From Candidatus Dormiibacterota bacterium (GTDB lineage Bacteria; Chloroflexota; Dormibacteria; Aeolococcales; Aeolococcaceae), in assembly GCA_003153505.1 (NCBI GenBank), contig PLZA01000067.1:5229-69228 (forward strand): 64,000 nt of DNA, given 5' to 3'. The notes under the pieces were generated by a model that ran no database searches, had not been told where the DNA came from, and worked only from the letters and a program-made list of their open reading frames with translations. Numbering within the stretch: the stretch's first letter is position 1; each line of letters starts with the position of its first letter. Positions 8,767 to 19,016 of this stretch are shown here, piece after piece. The translations under genes and the position numbers were made by a program.

Positions 8767-9834
8767 TTAGAGCGGCCGCCGCGTCGCGAGCGATAGCCAG
8801 AGTGAGCGGTAGGCACTGACCATGGCGGCCTCGCTGAACTCATGCTCGAACCGCGCCGCCGCGGCGCCGCCCAGCCGGCATGCCAGGTTGTGATCCGTCA
8901 AGATCGTGGCGATGGCCGTGGCTAGCGCATCGGCGTCACCGGACGGCACCAATAGGCCGTCGACCCCATCGCGGATCAGCTCGCGGAGACCGCGGACCCG
9001 CGTGGCCACCACCGGCCGGGCAGCGCTCATGGCCTCGAGGACTACGAGCGGCAATCCCTCCCAGTCAGAAGGCTGCACAACCACGTCGGCAGCGCCGAGT
9101 ATTGCCCGGGCGTCGGTGCGTGCACCCATAAGTCGCACGCGCCCGCTCAGGCCCAGCTCCTCGATCTGCCGCTCCAGGTTGGGGCGGAGCGTCCCGTCGC
9201 CCACGATGACCAGCGCGGCGTCAGGAAGGCGGACCATTGCGCCGATGGCGAGGTCGTGGCGCTTCTGCGGCATCAGCCGACCGGCGGCGACGATCAGTCG
9301 CAACCCTGACGCCAGCCCCCATTCGCGGCGGAGCGCTGCGATGGCCGCGGGTCGCGGACACGGGCCGACGCCGTTGACGATTGTTCTCAGCGGCTCGGTG
9401 CCGTGCGCGCGCAGCGTCGCGGCGACCCCTGCGCCGCATGCAACGACGGGCAACCCCGTACAGCGGAGCAACCGCGACGTGGCAATATCATCGGCTGGAC
9501 GGACACCGTGAATGGTGACCATTCCCGGCCGCACGGCCCCACGCAGCGTCGCCAGTGCAGTGATCGCGGCCATTCCGGGGTTGTGGGCATGCACTACGTC
9601 GGGATTCCAGTCGCGAACGTGGTCGCGGAGTCGCCAGGACGCCGCCAGAACCTGAGACGGGCGGCGGTGCAGCATGGGGAGTGGTAGGTGTGGGACGCCG
9701 TCGAGCAGAACTGTGGCTCCGCTACAGGCTATGGCGAACTCATCACCTGCCGTCAGGCCTGCCGTGCACAGCTGACGCACCACCTGCTCGGCGCCGCCGC
9801 TGCCGAATTCCTGGATTACGTGGAGGATGCGCAT
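8767..9834 (-). CDS. GT4 glycosyltransferase
   Basis: 'ILHVIQEFGSGGAE', 'GRLMPQK', 'EGLPLVVLEAM'. Confidence 0.92.
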   Translation of the reverse strand: MRILHVIQEFGSGGAEQVVRQLCTAGLTAGDEFAIACSGATVLLDGVPHLPLPMLHRRPSQVLAASWRLRDHVRDWNPDVVHAHNPGMAAITALATLRGAVRPGMVTIHGVRPADDIATSRLLRCTGLPVVACGAGVAATLRAHGTEPLRTIVNGVGPCPRPAAIAALRREWGLASGLRLIVAAGRLMPQKRHDLAIGAMVRLPDAALVIVGDGTLRPNLERQIEELGLSGRVRLMGARTDARAILGAADVVVQPSDWEGLPLVVLEAMSAARPVVATRVRGLRELIRDGVDGLLVPSGDADALATAIATILTDHNLACRLGGAAAARFEHEFSEAAMVSAYRSLWLSLATRRPL

Positions 9835-10928
9835 AGCTGCTCCCGGTAGAGGTCGAGCATCTCGGTGCCCGCCTCGCTGGCATCGAAGCGCTCGGCGATG
9901 CGGCGGATCCCGGAGCGCCCCATGGCAGCGCGGCGCTCCGGATCGTCCACGAGGGCAGCCAGGGCATTGGCCAACCCGTCGACGTCGTCAGGTTCGACGA
10001 GCAGGCCGGTGACCCCATCCTGCACGAGCTCCGCGATACCGCCAACCCGGGTCGCGACGACTGGAAGCCCGATCGCCATCGCCTCGAGAATGGTGATCGG
10101 CAGATTCTCGCCTCGCGATGGGAGGACGAAGAGGTCGGCCTCGAGAAGACGGTCGCGTACCGAGGGGACCTGGCCGTGGAAGGTGGCGTTGAGTCGGTGC
10201 ATGCGCGCGCGGCGCTCGAGGTCTGGGCGGAGTGAACCGTCGCCGTATATGTCGAGATGAATAGGCGGGGCTTGCTCGGCAAGACGGGCGCAGGCCTCGA
10301 CCAGCACGTCAATCCCCTTATGCCTCTCGAGCCGGGCAACGGCCACCAGTCGAACCGGCTGGTGCGGAGGTCCCGGCTCCCACCGCCGGATGTCGATCCG
10401 CGACGGCAGAACGTGGATGCGCCGCGTTGGGAAGCCGTGCGCTGCGAGGAAGCTAGCGAGTGTCTGCGACGGGACCACAAGGGCTCCGAGGCGAACCAGG
10501 AGGGCCTCGACCCGGAGGTGACCGTGGAGCAGCCAGGCGCTGCGAACCATGGGCCCCACCGGCCGGGCTCCGGGCCGGCCGGGAAGGCCGACGAGTTCCT
10601 CGGGGAGCCCGTGGTAGGTGTGGACCAGCCTTGCTCCCAGCGCACGTGCGGCCGCCCCACAGAGCAGGAGTGCCCGACGATCCTGGGTGTGGACGATGTC
10701 AGCGCCGCGTAGCCGCGGCCACATGCGCACAGCCCGTGCGATGTCTGCTTTGTTGCGGAGTGGCGCGACCTCCGCGTCGAGTCCGAGATCGCGCGCACGC
10801 GCGGCAATGTCAGAGTCGCCGCACAACAGGCGCACATGCGCACCCGCGTGGGCAACCGCAGGTGCGAGGTTGAGCATGTGCGAGACTGGGCCTCCCTCGG
10901 TGAGGGTGCTCACATACACGACTTTCAC
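9816..10928 (-). CDS. GT4 glycosyltransferase
   Basis: 'VARLERHKG', 'ENLPITILEAMAIGLPVV'; GTGA overlap with the upstream gene. Confidence 0.9.
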   Translation of the reverse strand: MKVVYVSTLTEGGPVSHMLNLAPAVAHAGAHVRLLCGDSDIAARARDLGLDAEVAPLRNKADIARAVRMWPRLRGADIVHTQDRRALLLCGAAARALGARLVHTYHGLPEELVGLPGRPGARPVGPMVRSAWLLHGHLRVEALLVRLGALVVPSQTLASFLAAHGFPTRRIHVLPSRIDIRRWEPGPPHQPVRLVAVARLERHKGIDVLVEACARLAEQAPPIHLDIYGDGSLRPDLERRARMHRLNATFHGQVPSVRDRLLEADLFVLPSRGENLPITILEAMAIGLPVVATRVGGIAELVQDGVTGLLVEPDDVDGLANALAALVDDPERRAAMGRSGIRRIAERFDASEAGTEMLDLYREQLCASST

Positions 10929-12286
10929 GGAGCGGGGTCGACAGAGGCGACGTCGGGGCTCGCCTTCGCCTCCTGCCACAGGCACGTGGCGAACGCGCCC
11001 ATCAGCCAGAGCGGCGCGTAGTACTGTTCGGAGAGCGTCAGCGCCGCCGTGACGGCAACGATCATGCTGGCAGTCGCGGCGATGGCGAACGAAGGCGGCC
11101 CCACCTGTCGTCGCATGGCGATGTGGAGCCGGCGAAAGCTCGTCAGCACATAGGCTAGGAGCAGGGCGAGCGCAGGTAACCCGACCTCGGCACCGACTTC
11201 AAGGTACGTATTGTGGACCACGGTGGGGTCGTCGGGGGTGGGCGGCCGATTGTCGACCGCGGCCGTGTAGAGCTGAAAGTTTCCGGGTCCAACTCCAATG
11301 AGAGGATGCGCCGCAATGAGCAACAGCGCCGATCGCCAGGCGTCGAAGCGATGATCAACATTGCTTGCGGCCACGATCCCCTTATCTCGAAGCGCAAGGC
11401 TGATCTGCGCTTGTTGAGTAACGGCGACGACGCCGATGCAGGCCGCGACAATCATCGAGGATGCGAGGACCGCACGGAGCTGACTCCGGTGCGTGACCAC
11501 CATCCAGACCAAGGCGCATCCCAGCCCCACGGCGGCACCACGTGACAGGGTCAGCGCATCGGCGATGCCGATCACCGCGACCAGGGTGAGCACGACTAAT
11601 CGCGGGACCCCGCGGCGGCGCAGTAGCCACAGCGTGAGTGGCAGCGTAGTGGAGAGAATGTATGCGAGATCGTTAGCGTCGCCGTAAGTCGGCGTCGCAC
11701 GCGTGTCGAAGCCGATGAGCAGGTTGCGTACGGCCAACACGCCGGCGATCGCGCTGGCCACCGAGAGCACCCAGACAAATCGCTCCAGGGTGCGATGGTC
11801 ACCAGCGAACGCGGTGAGAACGAAATACAAACCGGCGTAGCTGACGTAGCGAACCGTTACTAGCGCGGCGTCGCCCAGGGACGTCGCGGCCACGTCGGCG
11901 ACGAGGATCAAGCTCAGGATCCCAAGCACCATCGCGTGAGTCGCATCGAGACGAAGCCGTCTGCGCCGCGTGGCCAGCTGAATTGCAAAGCTTGCGAAGC
12001 ACAGGGCGCCGGCGAGCTTGACGACGGTGAGCTGGGGGTTGCCGAGAGACACGGAGTACTCCAGCGGAACTGCGGCCGCGAAGAGCAGGAGGGCGAGGTC
12101 GAGTCGCACAAGAGCGGCGACAAGCACCCCGCCGGCGACGGCGCCAGGGATCACTAGGAGAGGCCACCACGTCGTCGCGACAGCCACGGCAGCCGCCGCG
12201 GCCATCACGCCAGCGGTGACCGGTGCGGTCCACAGCCCGACTCGGAGACGGTCGCGGGGCGGCTCGGTGACTGTTACGACGGTCAC
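10925..12286 (-). CDS. O-antigen ligase/Wzy-type polymerase family membrane protein
   Basis: Multiple TM segments; 'RATPTYGDANDLA', 'TLSRGA', 'HPLIGVGPGNF', 'VHNTYLEVGAEVG' (Wzy_C). Confidence 0.88.
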   Translation of the reverse strand: MTVVTVTEPPRDRLRVGLWTAPVTAGVMAAAAAVAVATTWWPLLVIPGAVAGGVLVAALVRLDLALLLFAAAVPLEYSVSLGNPQLTVVKLAGALCFASFAIQLATRRRRLRLDATHAMVLGILSLILVADVAATSLGDAALVTVRYVSYAGLYFVLTAFAGDHRTLERFVWVLSVASAIAGVLAVRNLLIGFDTRATPTYGDANDLAYILSTTLPLTLWLLRRRGVPRLVVLTLVAVIGIADALTLSRGAAVGLGCALVWMVVTHRSQLRAVLASSMIVAACIGVVAVTQQAQISLALRDKGIVAASNVDHRFDAWRSALLLIAAHPLIGVGPGNFQLYTAAVDNRPPTPDDPTVVHNTYLEVGAEVGLPALALLLAYVLTSFRRLHIAMRRQVGPPSFAIAATASMIVAVTAALTLSEQYYAPLWLMGAFATCLWQEAKASPDVASVDPAP

Positions 12287-13818
12287 GGGGCGGACTGTGG
12301 CGTTACGGTTCCGCTTGCGGTGGTGCCCGGTCTTGGCATCGGAGGCGGCTGTTCGACTATCGACTCCGTCGACAACGCCGCGATGGAGGTCGGTGCCGGT
12401 CGCTGCGAGGTTTCCGGGCCCGCGAGAATCCGCCCAGGTATCACCTGTCGTAGGCAGAGTAAGGCGGTGCGCAGCAGGATGAGGACGTCCCCGCTCAGCG
12501 TCCAAGTCGCCAGGTAGTAGTTGTCAAACCTGGCTCGATCCGCGACCGAGGTGTCACCACGCAGACCATGCACCTGAGCCCAGCCCGTGATCCCAGGGCG
12601 GACTCGGTGGCGGCCCGCGTATTCGGCGATCGACTCCGTGAAGATGTCGGCGAACCTGCCGCGCTCCGGTCGCGGCCCCACCAGCGACATGTCACCCCGT
12701 AGCACGTCGACAAGCTGGGGCAGCTCGTCGAGACCCGTGCGGCGCAGGAAGCCGCCCAGCTTGCCCACTGTCGGGTCATGGGCAACAGACCACGTGCGGT
12801 CACCATCGTGGTTGGGGAGGAGGGTGCGGAACTTCAGCATAGTGAAAGGGCGAGCGTCGAGGCCGATCCGGTACTGGCGGAAGATCACCGGCCCAGGGCC
12901 ACTCAAACGGATCACCGCGGCAACGACGGCCATCACCGGCGACAGCAGGATCAGCGCGGCCATCGAGATGACCACGTCGAAGCCGCGCTTCACCACCCGT
13001 GCCGAGCGACGGGACAGCGAACGAGGCACGAGTGTGAGCGGGATGCCCCATAGCTCGTCATGGAGGCGCGCATCGAAGCCGAGCTCGAACAGACGGGGAA
13101 CAACGTAAATCTCAACGGAAAGCCGTTCGCAGGCGCGCAGCAAGCCCACCACCAACGCCTCCGGTGTGGACCAGAAAGCCAGGACGATGCGAGTGACCCG
13201 TTCACGCTTCACAACAGCTTCGAGTTCGTCCAGACATCCCAATCGTGGAACGATGGAGCTGGCGACGCCGGCGTCATCATCGACGAGTCCGGTCGGCCGC
13301 ATCCCGCACTCGGGGTGCTGGAGCATGGCGCGAATCAGTCGCGCGGCGATCTCACCTGAACCCACGATGAGGGTGGGATGGCGGAGCCAGTCGCGTCGAT
13401 AGGCACCGCGTACAGCACCACCGACGAGTCCACGCGCAACCAGCAGGGTCAGGACGACGGTGACGCCGAGACCAGCGAGATCACTGGTACTGCGCCCGGG
13501 GTCGAACGGCACGATGAGCAGGAGCATCGCGCCAACTCGCGCAGCGACAGGAACGACCGCATCATCCAGTCGCGGGGTTACCTGAGCCGCGGCGCGGCGG
13601 TCCAGACCTGTCAGCGAAGCGAGAGCGCCGATCGCCCACAATACCCAGATGAAGGTGAGGCGTCTCTCGGCCGCTAGAACGGCAAAGAACGCCAGCGCCT
13701 CGGACGTGCTGTACGCGACGTGACCGATCAGGAGTGCTGAAACGCGCGGGCCATAATGCGCTGCGAGCGACGTGTCAGCGTGCGCTGGTGTTAGGCCCCC
13801 TCCATCAACCTTCCCCAT
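12283..13818 (-). CDS. Priming polyprenyl-phosphate sugar phosphotransferase (WcaJ/CpsE-like)
   Basis: TM N-terminus, CoA-binding-like middle domain, 'KRGFDV', 'KFRT', 'DELPQL', 'GDMSLVGPRPE', 'PGITGWAQV'. Confidence 0.93.
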   Translation of the reverse strand: MGKVDGGGLTPAHADTSLAAHYGPRVSALLIGHVAYSTSEALAFFAVLAAERRLTFIWVLWAIGALASLTGLDRRAAAQVTPRLDDAVVPVAARVGAMLLLIVPFDPGRSTSDLAGLGVTVVLTLLVARGLVGGAVRGAYRRDWLRHPTLIVGSGEIAARLIRAMLQHPECGMRPTGLVDDDAGVASSIVPRLGCLDELEAVVKRERVTRIVLAFWSTPEALVVGLLRACERLSVEIYVVPRLFELGFDARLHDELWGIPLTLVPRSLSRRSARVVKRGFDVVISMAALILLSPVMAVVAAVIRLSGPGPVIFRQYRIGLDARPFTMLKFRTLLPNHDGDRTWSVAHDPTVGKLGGFLRRTGLDELPQLVDVLRGDMSLVGPRPERGRFADIFTESIAEYAGRHRVRPGITGWAQVHGLRGDTSVADRARFDNYYLATWTLSGDVLILLRTALLCLRQVIPGRILAGPETSQRPAPTSIAALSTESIVEQPPPMPRPGTTASGTVTPQSAP

Positions 13819-14017
13819 GAGCCCCTCGAAAACTATCTGGCGCGGCTTATCCTTGACCGACCGTCAGTCGACCCCTCCACCGGTCCCCGTTAGATCAGGT
13901 CTTTCCTGGAACAATCGAACCGCTCCTTTTCAAACCGGCAGGACAAACTATTATCCTTTGCTTAGGGGGAAGTCAATCTGGCTCGCGAGGGTCGCTATCA
14001 CCCCGGAGGAGGCGAAC

Positions 14018-14911
14018 ATGACGCAGGCAGCCGGGTCGACCACGCGCGGCGCTCGGCTTCTCGAGTTTGACGCAGCGGCCTTGGCCGCGGCGTACCGTGC
14101 GCACGCGCCGATCGCGGTCGAACATGGACTGGCCGACCAACCACTCCTAACCCTCGAGGCGATCGCCGACCTCGCCGACTGGCTGCCCCGCGACTGCGTC
14201 ATCTGCGACACCCCCGACCAGCCGCTTCTCGTCCCCGAGGGCGGGCCGCCGCGAGGATCCGAGCCGCGCCCCGGCGACGTCATTCGCCACCTCGAAGTGC
14301 GCCGCTCGTGGCTGACACTACTCAACATTGAGCAGCAACCCGCTTATCGCGAGCTCATGGACGCGTGCCTCGACCAGATCGCGGCTGTCGTCGAGCATCG
14401 CCCTGGCGACATGCGGCGCAGGGTGGGCTTCATCTTCGTGTCATCGCCGCTGTCGGTGACCCCCGCGCACTTCGACATCGAGCACAGCCTTCTGCTCCAG
14501 ATCTCAGGGCAGAAGGAACTCACGGTGGGGCACTTTGCCACAGCTGCCGTCGAACGGAGGGAGTGTGAGCGCTACTGGGAGGGGTCGCACGGCCGCGTCG
14601 AGGATCTGCCACTCGTCGAAGTCACTCACGACATGGTTCCCGGCCGCGGTGTCTACTTACCCCCCATCCGCCCTCATTGGGTCATCAACAGCGATGCAGT
14701 GACACTTTCGATGACGCTCACCTTTTTCAGCGCCGATTCCGAGCGCGACCAGTTCGTCGAGGCTTTCAACGCCCGACTACGGCGATTCCGCGTCCATCCC
14801 CGGCCACCAGGGAGGTCGCTGGCTGTCGACGAAGTCAAGGCGACTGCGATGCGGACCTGGGGGCTGCGGAGGCGGTTGACCGGCCGGCATGAGGAATCGA
14901 CTCACTACTAA
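14018..14911 (+). CDS. JmjC/cupin-like Fe(II)/2OG oxygenase-fold protein
   Basis: GGAGGAGG RBS; 'FIFVSSPLSVTPAHFDIEH...QISGQK...PGRGVYLP...HWVIN' gives the HxD...H triad. Confidence 0.82.
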   Translation: MTQAAGSTTRGARLLEFDAAALAAAYRAHAPIAVEHGLADQPLLTLEAIADLADWLPRDCVICDTPDQPLLVPEGGPPRGSEPRPGDVIRHLEVRRSWLTLLNIEQQPAYRELMDACLDQIAAVVEHRPGDMRRRVGFIFVSSPLSVTPAHFDIEHSLLLQISGQKELTVGHFATAAVERRECERYWEGSHGRVEDLPLVEVTHDMVPGRGVYLPPIRPHWVINSDAVTLSMTLTFFSADSERDQFVEAFNARLRRFRVHPRPPGRSLAVDEVKATAMRTWGLRRRLTGRHEESTHY

Positions 14912-14915
14912 CTAA

Positions 14916-15989
14916 CTAACTAAGCCGAGATGGGTGACGGCGGGCAGCGATAGAACGCAGCCGGCGCCGGGTCCGCCCCGCGAGGTGGCGTCCGCGCTCG
15001 GCGGCGAAGTCGATATGCAGAGCGACCTGCGCCGTCGACCCGACGGCGCAGCGCAGCCGCCACAACTCGCGTCGCTGGTCGGCGAACAAGGTCTTATACG
15101 CCTCGTCACCGCGCAAGAGATCGGCGTCGAGCAAACCCCGACGCGCAGCGTCGTCGATTACGCGAGCGAGTAGCACGATGCCCGCCCCCCGCCAGCGCCG
15201 GGAGGGGATCCGGCCGCTCTGGTAGTAGCTAAGGTGTCCCGCGACCTCGAATGAGACGACGATGGCGCCAGGCTCGTCCCCAGCGCGCAAGACGTTGAAG
15301 ACCACCTCCCTTCGGGCGGCGGCGGCGCGGCAGACGGTCGCGAACCGGCCGAAATCGCCAAGGAAGCTGGACGCCTTACCCCAGCGCTGTGCATGGAAGC
15401 GGTGCAAGACGCGCAGCCCGAGCTCGACATCATCGACGCGCTCCACGATGCAGCTACCGGTATCCCGGACCAGGCGGCGTTCCGTCCGGTGCACAAGACG
15501 GCGCAAGCTAGTCCGTTCCAAGAATCGACTGCTGAGTGCGACCCAGGGCGCGACGGCGCTCCGCTCACAGCGGAAACGGAGGGGCAGGGCGGCTGCGACG
15601 AGCGAGTCAGTGACCATGCCGTCGAGATCCAGAAGCCGGTCGCCTCGCCTAGTCAGCCAAGCGCCCAGAACCGCCGCCACCTCAGCCCTCATCTCGGGGG
15701 CGGCGACGGCGTCGAGGTGATCGGGACACAATGCTCCGGCGCCGAGCAGACGCAGCCGCTCAATGCCGAGATGACGGTCGCGCTCGAGAGCCAGACCGCC
15801 CACCAAGCGGTCGCGCTGAAGGACGAGCACGATGCAGGGGCGCGAGCCGGCCGCCGTGTCGAGCCACCACGAACGCAGGAAGGGCGAGGGGATGGGGAGG
15901 CTCTCGACCAACGAGTCCCAAGCATCGGCGTACGCACCGAGCATGGTTGTGACGCTCACGCGCATCGCAGTCGTGTCCTCTGGCACCAT
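14916..15989 (-). CDS. GNAT acyltransferase (CelD/BcsL-like, Acetyltransf_6)
   Basis: 'SPFLRSWW', 'CPDHLD', 'YYQSG', 'DLLRGDEAYK'. Confidence 0.85.
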   Translation of the reverse strand: MVPEDTTAMRVSVTTMLGAYADAWDSLVESLPIPSPFLRSWWLDTAAGSRPCIVLVLQRDRLVGGLALERDRHLGIERLRLLGAGALCPDHLDAVAAPEMRAEVAAVLGAWLTRRGDRLLDLDGMVTDSLVAAALPLRFRCERSAVAPWVALSSRFLERTSLRRLVHRTERRLVRDTGSCIVERVDDVELGLRVLHRFHAQRWGKASSFLGDFGRFATVCRAAAARREVVFNVLRAGDEPGAIVVSFEVAGHLSYYQSGRIPSRRWRGAGIVLLARVIDDAARRGLLDADLLRGDEAYKTLFADQRRELWRLRCAVGSTAQVALHIDFAAERGRHLAGRTRRRLRSIAARRHPSRLS

Positions 15990-16029
15990 ATGGACTCTGC
16001 CTCCCCGCCCATCGTATCGCGAGTCCCAT

Positions 16030-16761
16030 ATGGACCCCAGGAAGGTCGCGAGCTATGATCGCGACCTCTCGGATACTCGGACGGCCAAGGGGCTCGAATG
16101 GATGCTCGAGCGCCGCCTCATCGACGGTTTGCTCGGCGACCATCCGCACGCACAGCGTGCCGTCGACTTCGCCTGCGGCACTGGGCGCATCCTTGGCTTT
16201 CTGGCTGAGCGATTCCCCGAGGTGATCGGGGTCGACGTCAGCGCCGCGATGATCGAAGTAGCACGTGAGCGCTGCCCCGCGGCGCGTCTCGTCGTGGGGG
16301 ACGTTACAGTCAATCCCGGGCTACTGACGGAATCCGCTGATGTGGTCACGGCTTTTCGCTTCCTGCTCAACGCCGAGCCGCCATTGCGCGCCGCCGCCCT
16401 CGACTGGATGCGTGACCGTCTCCGCCCTGAAGGGCTCCTCATCGTCAACTTCCATCTCAATCCGCGCAGCCTGCGCGGGTGCTACCTGCGCCTGCGCCAC
16501 GCGTCCGACGTCACGATGATGGGGGTGGGCGAAGCCCGTGCGCTGCTTGCCAGTCACGGCCTGACCGTACGCAAGGTTCGTGGGTACAGCTACCTTCCCT
16601 ACCGCCGTGACGGCTCGCGGCTCCTCCTTCCTCGAGTACGCCGAAGCGTCGAGGGGTGGCTGGCCCGAGTCGATCGGCTCACGGGGTGGGGCAGCTGCTT
16701 CTTGCTCCTCGCCGAGCGCAGCCGGGACACGGTATCAACCGGGCCGGCCGGCGAGGGCTGA
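16030..16761 (+). CDS. Class I SAM-dependent methyltransferase
   Basis: 'VDFACGTGR', 'GVDVSAAM', 'LRPEGLLI'. Confidence 0.88.
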   Translation: MDPRKVASYDRDLSDTRTAKGLEWMLERRLIDGLLGDHPHAQRAVDFACGTGRILGFLAERFPEVIGVDVSAAMIEVARERCPAARLVVGDVTVNPGLLTESADVVTAFRFLLNAEPPLRAAALDWMRDRLRPEGLLIVNFHLNPRSLRGCYLRLRHASDVTMMGVGEARALLASHGLTVRKVRGYSYLPYRRDGSRLLLPRVRRSVEGWLARVDRLTGWGSCFLLLAERSRDTVSTGPAGEG

Positions 16762-18156
16762 GATGAGCGGGACAAGGTTCTCGTGTGCCCACCTTGAGCC
16801 CCGGCGATCACCCTCTGGTCCGAGGGCGTGGACGACGATGGCGGCTACAACAGAGGCCGCCCGCAGAGCTGGATCGGCCGCCGGCCACGGGACGCCTCCG
16901 AGCGAGGGCGGCGCCGTCAATGCGCGGGGCTCTCGCACCGCGCGCGCGGCGGCCACGCCGATGGGGATACGCGAGCCGATCGCGAGCCGATACAACTCGA
17001 GGAACACGGCATCAAGGCCGGCGGGCGCGGCGGCTCGCCCCTGCTCCCAGTCGATGACCACTGTTGACCCTCGCCCGAGGACGATGTTTCCTGGCCAAAA
17101 ATCGCCGTGGCACCAGGACGTGGGAAGACGGAACTCCTCAATCGGTAGGAGGGCGGCCTCGATGGCATCGGCATCCTCACCGAACTGGTCTATCCCCCGG
17201 GTCCACGCATGTGCCCATCCTGGACCGGCGTCCGCGGTCGGAGCGGTGGCCGCGAGAAGCCGGGCCACTTCGTGGGCTGCCTTCCAGGTGGATCCCCCAG
17301 TGCGCCATCGCCGTCCGCCAGGGCTGAGGTGACCCTGGTGCCAGGTTTCGGCGCGCCACTCGAGGCCGTGCGTCACACCGACCGCCAGCTCGCGCGGCAT
17401 GTGCGCGTGGAGGTCAGGCGACAGAAGGGCGTCGTCGATACTCGCGAGCACCTGGCGCTGCCGCGCCAGCCGGGCGGTGCCGAGCTCCGTGAGACACAGC
17501 CGAAGAGCCGCCTCCTCGCGGGCCAGCCCGACTCGGACGATGATGTTGTGGCTTCCGCTGACCAGGACGCCACGCAGCGTGGCCCTGCTTCCGACGGCAG
17601 CGCCGAGGTCGGCGACGACGTCGTCGATCAGGCCCGGGCCGTCCGGCTCGATCGCGATTCCAGCGCGACCGCTCAACCGCCAGAGCACGGACGTGGCCAG
17701 TCGTTGCCGTATCCACTGACCTCGCGCATCCGTCGAGGCCGGCCATCCCTTGCGCAGCAGGCGCTCAACCGAGTCGGCACGCGGGTAGGGGACCGTGTCA
17801 TGGCGGCGCCGCGCGGGAACGATGGCCGCGCGGCGTCCCCCCGGGCGAAGCGCCGCGGCCAGAGCCGTGGGGTCTGCTCGGCGTTCGTCCGCCACCAGCA
17901 GCGCCAGAGCACCGTCCGGCAGCGGCCAATGCCGCCCATCCCAGCACATTCCGCGGGCCACTCCCACAAGCGCAGCGCGGTCTGCGCTCACGGTGATTGC
18001 CGACGGGTACGAGCGACGGAAGGCTGCGGCAGTGCCGGGCTCCAGGTCGACGAGGGCGACAAGCCCTGACATGGCAGCTGGAAGAAACACCCGCCAGCTC
18101 CCGTTGCGCTCGCTGGGGTGACGGGGGCTCTCCGCACCAACGGTTTTCGCCATCAT
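16735..18156 (-). CDS. APH/choline-kinase-like phosphotransferase
   Basis: Brenner motif 'HGDFWPGNI' and 'VIDWE'. Confidence 0.8.
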   Translation of the reverse strand: MMAKTVGAESPRHPSERNGSWRVFLPAAMSGLVALVDLEPGTAAAFRRSYPSAITVSADRAALVGVARGMCWDGRHWPLPDGALALLVADERRADPTALAAALRPGGRRAAIVPARRRHDTVPYPRADSVERLLRKGWPASTDARGQWIRQRLATSVLWRLSGRAGIAIEPDGPGLIDDVVADLGAAVGSRATLRGVLVSGSHNIIVRVGLAREEAALRLCLTELGTARLARQRQVLASIDDALLSPDLHAHMPRELAVGVTHGLEWRAETWHQGHLSPGGRRWRTGGSTWKAAHEVARLLAATAPTADAGPGWAHAWTRGIDQFGEDADAIEAALLPIEEFRLPTSWCHGDFWPGNIVLGRGSTVVIDWEQGRAAAPAGLDAVFLELYRLAIGSRIPIGVAAARAVREPRALTAPPSLGGVPWPAADPALRAASVVAAIVVHALGPEGDRRGSRWAHENLVPLISALAGRPG

Positions 18157-18245
18157 GGATAGCCCGTCACAATCAGGTCCACGCCAAATATGGCAAGCTC
18201 CGGAGCGATGTCCAAATTGCGGCGCCGATTCCGAGCGACTCGCTG

Positions 18246-18944
18246 ATGATCGACCTGCCCGACCTTATACTCACCGTGTGGCGCCACCGCGTGATGGCGC
18301 TGGCGACATTGGTTGCCGTCCTGGCGGCGACATCGGTCTACATCGTCACCCAGAAACCGGTCTACCGGTCCACCGAAAGCCTGCAGCTGTCGAGCACCGA
18401 CCCAACCTTCCTCAGCGAGGTCAACACACTGACGCCGCTGTACTCCGAACTGCTCACCGCACAGGCCACGCTCACCCTGGCACAGGCGAGTTTGGGTTCG
18501 ACGCCGCTGGCCAGCATCGCGGTCCGCACCTTCACGGACTCGCCGGTCGTTGACCTCGACGCCAGCGGTGGCTCCGCGGATGTTGCTCAACGTTCCGCGA
18601 CGGCCGACGTCAGCGCTCTGGCCGATCGCCTCGCTTTTCAATCGGCGCTGGGCGTGAGCGGCGTCACGCTCGCCGTGATCGATGGTCCCAGCCAAGCCGA
18701 CATCGTCTGGCCGCGCCCCGCGCTGAGCCTCGGTGTCGCCGCCATCGTCGGCATCCTTCTAGGTGTCGCGGTGTCTTGGCTGGTTGACGCTCGGTGGCGG
18801 CGGCTGCCGGCACTGGCAGTCGCACCATCGACAGCATCCACTGCTCGCGATGCATCAGGCCCAGCGTCGGAGGATACAACCGTCACAATCGGCGACATTA
18901 CCCGACGCTCCCAACGTCGCGCACGCAACACCCATGCCCGATGA
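18246..18944 (+). CDS. Wzz/CpsC-like polysaccharide co-polymerase (chain-length regulator)
   Basis: 'IDLPDLILTVWRHR', TM segment, 'PVYRST', C-terminal 'PRPALSLGVAAIVGILLG' TM; no kinase domain. Confidence 0.8.
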   Translation: MIDLPDLILTVWRHRVMALATLVAVLAATSVYIVTQKPVYRSTESLQLSSTDPTFLSEVNTLTPLYSELLTAQATLTLAQASLGSTPLASIAVRTFTDSPVVDLDASGGSADVAQRSATADVSALADRLAFQSALGVSGVTLAVIDGPSQADIVWPRPALSLGVAAIVGILLGVAVSWLVDARWRRLPALAVAPSTASTARDASGPASEDTTVTIGDITRRSQRRARNTHAR

Positions 18945-19016
18945 CGTCGCGGCCCCCGCGGGCACCCAAAGGTAGCGTCATCGGGGCATGATGCCGCCTC
19001 GAAGACAGTCCTCGAG

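Noticed and set aside
16735..18156. Aminoglycoside resistance gene
   Set aside because: Only the generic APH/kinase motifs are present, and it is embedded in an EPS locus
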